Origin: Bacteroidales bacterium
Lineage (GTDB): Bacteria > Bacteroidota > Bacteroidia > Bacteroidales > B18-G4
Length of the DNA stretch: 61,374 bases
Assembly: GCA_036351275.1 (NCBI GenBank)
Contig: JAZBOU010000125.1
Coordinates: 1-61,374 of the forward strand
Direction of reading: 5' to 3'
Under the pieces are notes generated by a model. It searched no databases. It was not told the DNA's origin and saw only the letters and a program-made list of their open reading frames with translations. Numbering within the stretch: the stretch's first letter is position 1; every line of letters starts with the position of its first letter. Positions 55,629 through 61,374 of this stretch are shown in pieces. The translations under genes and the position numbers were made by a program.

Positions 55629-55699
55629 GGTGCTGGGTGCTTGGTGCTGGGGACCGGGAATAATTAATACCCGGCCCCTGGCCCCCAGCCCCTGGTCCC
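55629..55699. repeat. Two heptamer arrays of roughly complementary sequence (GGTGCTG-like x4 and CCTGGCC-like x4) flanking an AT loop
   Basis: Direct reading. Hand pairing gives an imperfect stem of about 30 positions around the aataattaata loop. Confidence 0.85.
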
Positions 55700-55713
55700 A
55701 CAACAACATCATC

Positions 55714-56406
55714 ATGAACATTATCATCACAGGCGCCAGTAAAGGCATCGGACGCGAAGTTGCCAGGCAGATCGCATCTGCAGGCGAACACAGGGTGATC
55801 GCCATTGCCCGGACAGAAGATAAACTGAACAGCCTTCTGGAGGAGCTTCCCGAAGGAGATCGCCTCATCCCGATGGTATTTGATCTCCGGCATGGAGACT
55901 ACGACCAGCTGGCAATCAACATCAGGAAACATTTTTCAGAGATCCATGGACTGATCAACAATGCCGGTGCGCTGGTGAATAAGAAAGTCAGTCAGATGAA
56001 TTCTTCAGATATCGACCTGATGATGGATGTGAACCTGAAGGCTCCATTCCTGATGATACAATCCCTTATTCCGCTTTTCGAACCGGATGCCCACATTGTC
56101 AATATTGGCAGCATGGGCGGGTTCCAGGGAAGTTCCAAATTTCCCGGATTGTCGCTCTACAGTGCAAGCAAAGGTGCTCTTGCGATACTGTCGGAATGTC
56201 TTGCAGAGGAATTGAAAGATTACAGGATATCCGTGAACTGCCTGGCCCTGGGTGCTGCGCAAACCCAAATGCTCTCTGAAGCTTTTCCCGGATACAAGGC
56301 ACCGCTCACCGCCAGCGAAATGGCTTCCTTTATTGCTGATTTTACATTGAACGGCCACCGCTATTTCAATGGAAAGATCCTGCCCATCAGTTTGAGCACA
56401 CCCTGA
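55714..56406 (+). CDS. Short-chain dehydrogenase/reductase (SDR)
   Basis: It has TGASKGIG cofactor, NNAG and YSASK catalytic motifs. I prefer the ATG at 55714, because the track start 55630 lies in the repeat. Confidence 0.88.
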   Translation: MNIIITGASKGIGREVARQIASAGEHRVIAIARTEDKLNSLLEELPEGDRLIPMVFDLRHGDYDQLAINIRKHFSEIHGLINNAGALVNKKVSQMNSSDIDLMMDVNLKAPFLMIQSLIPLFEPDAHIVNIGSMGGFQGSSKFPGLSLYSASKGALAILSECLAEELKDYRISVNCLALGAAQTQMLSEAFPGYKAPLTASEMASFIADFTLNGHRYFNGKILPISLSTP

Positions 56407-56412
56407 AAATGT

Positions 56413-56472
56413 GAATGCGAGAATGCGGGAATACGTGAATACGGGGTCCCGTGTTCTGGTACTCTGGTACTC
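56413..56472. repeat. Octamer arrays (GAATGCGA/GAATGCGG/GAATACGT/GAATACGG, then TTCTGGTA/CTCTGGTA)
   Basis: Direct reading of an 8-nt period. It also contains the inverted repeat GGAATACGTGA (56428..56438) / TCACGTATTCC (56471..56481). Confidence 0.85.
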
Positions 56473-56552
56473 ACGTATTCCGAATATGTGACCGATATGG
56501 TTTCTGTGTGAGAAAAACATTTTCGGCACTAAATTGTTATAGCTATAATTGA

Positions 56553-56560
56553 TATATTTG
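56553..56560 (+). promoter_or_regulatory. -7 promoter box TAtaTTTG
   Basis: TAnnTTTG match 10 nt upstream of the ATG at 56571. Confidence 0.5.
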
Positions 56561-56570
56561 CGCCTTTTAT

Positions 56571-56987
56571 ATGAGCGCCAGAGAGAATATCACCCATCCG
56601 GGCATTATCGATAAGGTTGGTGAAGACAAAGTGTTTGTAAAGATCCTGGCCATGTCGGCTTGCTCAACCTGCCATGCCAAGAGCATGTGCAGTATAGCCG
56701 AGATCGAAGAAAAGATCGTTGAGGTGAACAAGGAATCCGGAAGGGAATACAGGGAAGGTCAGGAAGTTGTAGTGGCCATGAAGAAGTCACTGGGCGGAAA
56801 GGCGGTTTTCCTGGGATATTTGCTTCCGTTTGTGCTCCTCATCGGAGTTCTGATCACGGTGCTAACTCTCAGCGGTGATGAAGGAATCGCAGGACTATCG
56901 GCAATCGGTATCCTGATCCCGTATTACCTGGTGCTCTATCTGTTGAGGGACAGGCTGAAGAAAACCTTCAGTTTCAGTATCGAATAA
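56571..56987 (+). CDS. RseC/MucC-family (SoxR-reducing-system) membrane protein
   Basis: It has an N-terminal Cys cluster (ACSTCHAKSMC) followed by two TM helices, in 138 aa. Confidence 0.6.
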   Translation: MSARENITHPGIIDKVGEDKVFVKILAMSACSTCHAKSMCSIAEIEEKIVEVNKESGREYREGQEVVVAMKKSLGGKAVFLGYLLPFVLLIGVLITVLTLSGDEGIAGLSAIGILIPYYLVLYLLRDRLKKTFSFSIE

Positions 56988-57054
56988 TGGCAGATCGAAT
57001 GTCTGGTTTGCCAATGCTGACCGGAAGAGGCCTAAAACTAATTCAAATTAACTA

Positions 57055-59409
57055 ATGATGTACAAGAACTTCACAACACTACTTTTAGCGCTAGTGATCG
57101 TTGCAGTAAGTTTCGGGCAGGAAGGCCGGAAACCCGACCTGGTGATCAAAGCTGAATTTTTTGACAAATCACCGGCATTGCGTGATATGACTCCGATACT
57201 TACCGGACCAAAAGACCGTTCCTGGAAAGATGGATTGATCGATAATAAGTCGATCAAGGAAGAGTTTAAACAAAGAACTGCAAATTCCCCGGCCAATGGC
57301 CCGGATGCTGCGGTACAGATGAATTACCCGGAAAATGTGATCCGAGGTCCTGAGATAGGGATCACAGGTGTGGGAAACGTAAATGGCGTTTTCCCGCCGG
57401 ATACCGATGGCGATGTTGGACCTGACCATTACTTCCAGATGATAAACCTTTCTTTTGCTATCTGGGATAAGCAGGGAAACAAACTTTATGGTCCTGTGAA
57501 CAACAGCACGCTCTGGAGCGGATTTGTCGGCCCCTGGACAGGAACGAACGACGGCGACCCAGTCGTACTCTATGATGAGGAAGCGGACAGGTGGCTTGCC
57601 ACACAATTCGCAGTAAATACCAATAACGGGGTGAACTACCAGTTGCTGGCTGTCTCAGCCACTTCCGACCCGCTTGGCGAGTATTACCGCTATGCATTTG
57701 CCATGGTAGCCTTCAATGACTATCCGAAATTCGGTATCTGGAATGATGCCTATTACGCTACATGGAATATGTTCGGTTCATATACCAGGGCTGCGGTTGG
57801 TGCTTATGAGCGCGACCTGATGCTGGTCGGTGACCCGAATGCACGCATGGTTTTTTACAACCAGTCTGCTTCGAAATTTGCGATGATGCCTGCCGATTAT
57901 GACGGCACTCCTCCTCCGGATGGCACACCATGCTATTTCATGCATATCAATACATGGACGAACAATCAGATCGAGATCTATGAATTTGATGTCGACTGGA
58001 ACAATACCGCGAACAGCAGTTTTGGCCTGGTCGCCACATTAACACCCGCTACATTCAACTCTAACCTGAATGGTATTCAGCAACCCGGTACGGCTACACG
58101 CCTCGATGACCTTGCACAATTTATCATGTTTCGCCTGCAATACCGGTATTTCGATACCCATGAGAGCATGGTTGTAAACCATACTGTTAATGTCGGCGGA
58201 AGAGGTGCACCACGATGGTATGAGTTCCGCAAGGTTGGATCAGGACAGTGGTCGATCTATCAGCAGGGAACCTATGCTCCCGATAGCGAAAACCGCTGGA
58301 TGGGCAGCATTGCCATGAACGGGAATGGGGACATTGCACTTGGCTACTCAGTTTCAAGCGGTACTACTTACCCCTCGATCCGTTACACCGGAAGACGGGC
58401 CGGTGACCCACTGGGACAGATGACAATACAGGAAGTTGAACTGAAGACCGGAACAGGTTCGCAAACCGGCATTGACCGCTGGGGCGATTATTCCTGCATG
58501 TCGGTCGATCCCGCTGATGACTCTACTTTCTGGTTCACAACCGAATATATGAATGGCAGTGTCTGGGGTACCTATATCGGCAAATTCAACCTTGGACCAA
58601 TATTGCCTCCGACCGCCAATGCCGGACCGGATGCCACCATCTGTACGAACAACCAGTTCACTACTGAAGGGACGGTAACAAGGGCGCAGTCGGTATTGTG
58701 GGAAACAACCGGTGATGGCATTTTCCCGAATCCCAATAACCTGGTCGCTACCTATATCCGTGGATCAGCAGACGTAGCGAATGGTTTTGTGGATCTCATA
58801 CTCAATGCCTACGGTTTTGAGCCTGGATTTGAAGAATCTGACACCATGCGACTGTTTATTGTGGATGGCCCGACAGCTTTTGCCGGCAATGATACCCTTC
58901 TCTGTACCGGTGAAGTATTGCAACTCAATGGTATTGCAACCAGCTATAATATGCTTGAATGGAGCACATCCGGTGACGGTTCGTTCAGCGACGTGAATGC
59001 CATGGATGCTATTTACACTCCCGGATCAGCTGATATCAGCAGCGGTTCGGTCGACCTGACCCTCTTTGTTGAAGCTACCGAAGGTTGTGTCGGCACGGAT
59101 GATGATGTGATGACCGTTACCATAGATGAGTGTACGGGCATCAACGAAAACGACCTTAACCTCAGCCTGGGCGTAAGGCCTAATCCAAACACAGGCGTAT
59201 TCTCATATGATGTCGTTTCCAAAACAAGCTCAGATGTTGTTGTGGAAGTGCTGAACCTCCAGGGCCAGCTCATGTTCACTCAGAAGATCAGCGGGCTTTC
59301 CGGAACATATACCGGTACCATTAATATTGGAAATAATCCGCGGGGGATCTATTACCTGCGGATCAATAATGGCCAGGATATCAGGGTGGAGAAAGTCCTG
59401 GTGCAATAG
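57055..59409 (+). CDS. Secreted protein of unknown function with T9SS C-terminal sorting domain
   Basis: It has a signal peptide and a conserved N-terminal ~520-aa domain (PPDTDGDVGPDHYFQMINL..DGDPVVLYDEEADRW..DRWGDYS). Two modules of about 85 aa follow (A-x-AG-x-D..WxTxGDG..GSAD..G.V.L). The C-terminal RPNPNTGVF..GIYYLRINNGQDIRVEKVLVQ is a T9SS tail. Confidence 0.75.
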   Translation: MMYKNFTTLLLALVIVAVSFGQEGRKPDLVIKAEFFDKSPALRDMTPILTGPKDRSWKDGLIDNKSIKEEFKQRTANSPANGPDAAVQMNYPENVIRGPEIGITGVGNVNGVFPPDTDGDVGPDHYFQMINLSFAIWDKQGNKLYGPVNNSTLWSGFVGPWTGTNDGDPVVLYDEEADRWLATQFAVNTNNGVNYQLLAVSATSDPLGEYYRYAFAMVAFNDYPKFGIWNDAYYATWNMFGSYTRAAVGAYERDLMLVGDPNARMVFYNQSASKFAMMPADYDGTPPPDGTPCYFMHINTWTNNQIEIYEFDVDWNNTANSSFGLVATLTPATFNSNLNGIQQPGTATRLDDLAQFIMFRLQYRYFDTHESMVVNHTVNVGGRGAPRWYEFRKVGSGQWSIYQQGTYAPDSENRWMGSIAMNGNGDIALGYSVSSGTTYPSIRYTGRRAGDPLGQMTIQEVELKTGTGSQTGIDRWGDYSCMSVDPADDSTFWFTTEYMNGSVWGTYIGKFNLGPILPPTANAGPDATICTNNQFTTEGTVTRAQSVLWETTGDGIFPNPNNLVATYIRGSADVANGFVDLILNAYGFEPGFEESDTMRLFIVDGPTAFAGNDTLLCTGEVLQLNGIATSYNMLEWSTSGDGSFSDVNAMDAIYTPGSADISSGSVDLTLFVEATEGCVGTDDDVMTVTIDECTGINENDLNLSLGVRPNPNTGVFSYDVVSKTSSDVVVEVLNLQGQLMFTQKISGLSGTYTGTINIGNNPRGIYYLRINNGQDIRVEKVLVQ

Positions 59410-59444
59410 AAATGATGGTAATATGGTAAAATGATATTATCTTT

Positions 59445-59475
59445 GTGGGGCGCATAACTGCGCCCCACTTTTTTT
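59445..59475 (+). terminator. Rho-independent terminator
   Basis: GTGGGGCGC-ataact-GCGCCCCAC hairpin followed by TTTTTTT. Confidence 0.8.
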
Positions 59476-59492
59476 AACCCTGAACGAACAAC

Positions 59493-61374
59493 ATGAAGAA
59501 AGCAACTACTTTTCTGCTTATTACTGCATTGTGTTTTAGTATCGCAATTGCCCAGCAAGACACCTATTCACCTACCGAAGCCAGAACAGCAACATATTTC
59601 CGTAAAACCCCTCCGCTCAGAGAGATGACGATAGTCCTTCCCGGCGAGAGGGACAGGAGCTGGAAAGACGGGATCATCCCCAATGAAATTTTCGACGACC
59701 AGATTGTAACTGAAAATGCATTGCCTTCAGGCCCTGATCCTGTTGCACAGCAGTATATGGGAAAGATGCAGCATAAGGGCCCGAATGTAAATATCGCCGG
59801 CGTCGGCAACGTGAACGGCGTGGCACCCCCCGATACGGATGGTGATGTCGGCCCCGACCACTATTTCCAGATGATCAACCTCTCTTTTGCCATCTTCGAC
59901 AAACAGGGAAATAAACTATACGGGCCCGTCGACAACAGCACCCTGTGGCAGGGCTTTATCGGTCCATGGACCAGTACGAACGACGGTGACCCTATCGTGC
60001 TTTACGATGAGGTGGCCGACCGCTGGATGGCCAGCCAGTTTGCCATCCGTACCTACAATGACACTTACTGGCAGTTGATCGCCATCTCTGAAACGGGTGA
60101 TCCCCTTGGCTCATGGTACCAGTATGCATTCGAATTCCCTGCCTTCAACGACTATCCACACCTTGGTGTATGGCATGATGCGTATTATGCTACATTCAAC
60201 ATGTTTGGAGAATATTACAGGGGTGCGGCCGCAGCCTTTGAAAGGGATAAGATGCTTGTCGGTGATTCTACAGCGCAGATGATCTTATTTGACATGCCCG
60301 AGTTTAGTGACCAGAACAATATGCTGCCCGCAGATTTCGATGGCCCGGAACCTCCGGAAAACACACCGAACTATTTTATCAATTTCAAGGATGACGCCTG
60401 GGGCTATGCTACGGACCGCCTGGTTATCTGGGAATTCATTCCCGACTGGGATAATCCACTTGCCTCTGTTTTCCAGGAAATAAAAGTACTTGATACCGAA
60501 CCTTTCCAGTCATTTCTTTGCGAAGCCCCGAGATGGCAGTGCATCGATCAGCCGAATACAAACGTTAAACTGGAAGCCCTGAACGACAGGCTGATGTTCA
60601 GGTTGCAGTTCAGGAATTTCGACACCTATCATACCATGGTGTGCAATCATACCGTGAATGCTGACGGCAGCGGAAAGGCAGGGATACGCTGGTATGAGCT
60701 GCGCGATTCGCTCGACGGGAACGGCTGGCAGATCTACCAGCAGGGAACCTATTCCCCTGATGAATACCACCGATGGATGGCCAGCATCGCCATGAACGGA
60801 GAAGGTACCATTGCAATGGGGTATACCGTTTCGGGTTCCGATGATATCTTTCCATCCATTCGATACACAGGACGGCATAGCAATGCACCCCTTGGCGAGA
60901 TGAGTTATGAAGAAATGGAAGTCATTCCCGGCACAGGATCGCAAACCGGTCTGAACCGCTGGGGCGACTATTCCATGACATCCGTGGACCCCGTTGACGA
61001 CACCACTTTCTGGCACACCAATGAGTGGTCGGCAAGCGGATGGCGTACGCAAATATTCTCGTTCGATTTCGGCCCGGTGACCCCACCGACAGCCGATGTG
61101 GGCCCGGATACGACCATATCGGTGAATAAGATCCTTCACCGCACAGCCACCGCAACAGATTATCATGATGTACTCTGGGAAACCGATGGTGATGGTGTAC
61201 TCCTTGGAGCCAATCGCCTGTCGATATCTTACCTGCGAGGGGAGCAGGACATCCTTAACGGGAAGGTCAATCTCTGGATGACCGCAAATGGCTACCTGCC
61301 CGAATATACTGCCGTCGACAGCATGGTCATGTATATTGATAATACACCAGTTGGTATTGGGGAGAATGAAAGCG
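59493..61374 (+). CDS. Tandem paralog of the 57055 gene, 3'-truncated by the window end
   Basis: It is not in the ORF track because no stop is reached. By hand translation the frame is open from the ATG at 59493 to 61374 (MKKATTFLLITALCFSIAIAQ..PPDTDGDVGPDHYFQMINL..NRWGDYS..). It is collinear with the upstream gene. Confidence 0.85.
   Translation, partial: MKKATTFLLITALCFSIAIAQQDTYSPTEARTATYFRKTPPLREMTIVLPGERDRSWKDGIIPNEIFDDQIVTENALPSGPDPVAQQYMGKMQHKGPNVNIAGVGNVNGVAPPDTDGDVGPDHYFQMINLSFAIFDKQGNKLYGPVDNSTLWQGFIGPWTSTNDGDPIVLYDEVADRWMASQFAIRTYNDTYWQLIAISETGDPLGSWYQYAFEFPAFNDYPHLGVWHDAYYATFNMFGEYYRGAAAAFERDKMLVGDSTAQMILFDMPEFSDQNNMLPADFDGPEPPENTPNYFINFKDDAWGYATDRLVIWEFIPDWDNPLASVFQEIKVLDTEPFQSFLCEAPRWQCIDQPNTNVKLEALNDRLMFRLQFRNFDTYHTMVCNHTVNADGSGKAGIRWYELRDSLDGNGWQIYQQGTYSPDEYHRWMASIAMNGEGTIAMGYTVSGSDDIFPSIRYTGRHSNAPLGEMSYEEMEVIPGTGSQTGLNRWGDYSMTSVDPVDDTTFWHTNEWSASGWRTQIFSFDFGPVTPPTADVGPDTTISVNKILHRTATATDYHDVLWETDGDGVLLGANRLSISYLRGEQDILNGKVNLWMTANGYLPEYTAVDSMVMYIDNTPVGIGENES

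Noticed and set aside
1-61374. Search for defence, toxin-antitoxin, phage or conjugation modules (nucleases, helicases, reverse transcriptase, methyltransferase-restriction pairs, Cas, integrases).
   Set aside because: I found no ORF with P-loop NTPase/helicase, HNH/PD-(D/E)xK, RT (YxDD) or recombinase motifs. The window is housekeeping plus envelope and secretome genes.

Overview
The window reads as a chromosomal segment of a Bacteroidota (FCB-group) bacterium. The evidence is several proteins ending in type-A T9SS C-terminal sorting domains, a PorT/SprT-like barrel, DUF4834/DUF4783-type small proteins, and many TAnnTTTG (-7) promoter boxes in front of genes. I call about 50 CDS and one tRNA-Asp(GTC); I found no rRNA, CRISPR array, transposase or integrase. 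Two real genes are missing from the supplied ORF track. They are rpmH (49 aa, 38455..38604) and a large 3'-truncated ORF (59493..61374) that is a tandem paralog of the 784-aa gene before it.

Content falls into three groups:
- Housekeeping: an aminotransferase, heptose kinase, kdsC, maf, surE, lpxB, comEC, a fused AccA-AccD carboxyltransferase, PNP, rsmG, pepD, rpmH, typA and nadC.
- Envelope and glycan genes: an MBOAT/AlgX-like pair, YfhO, and a nonulosonic-acid cluster (GT4, PIG-L, SpsF-like, NeuB-like, HAD phosphatase, flippase).
- An accessory block at 20.6-32.4 kb: two tandem papain-like T9SS peptidases, plus a tightly coupled four-gene operon of signal-peptide proteins ending in a triple-cassette LRR protein.

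The most unusual non-coding signal is tandem heptanucleotide (sometimes octanucleotide) repeat arrays at 14 gene-boundary loci (about 20 blocks). Each locus has its own unit, which resembles cyanobacterial STRR elements. The best candidate for an undescribed system is the LRR operon at 27693..32424. A CarH/LitR-type B12 photoreceptor signature next to an ECF sigma factor is also notable. All family calls rest on motif recognition by eye; no database search was possible.
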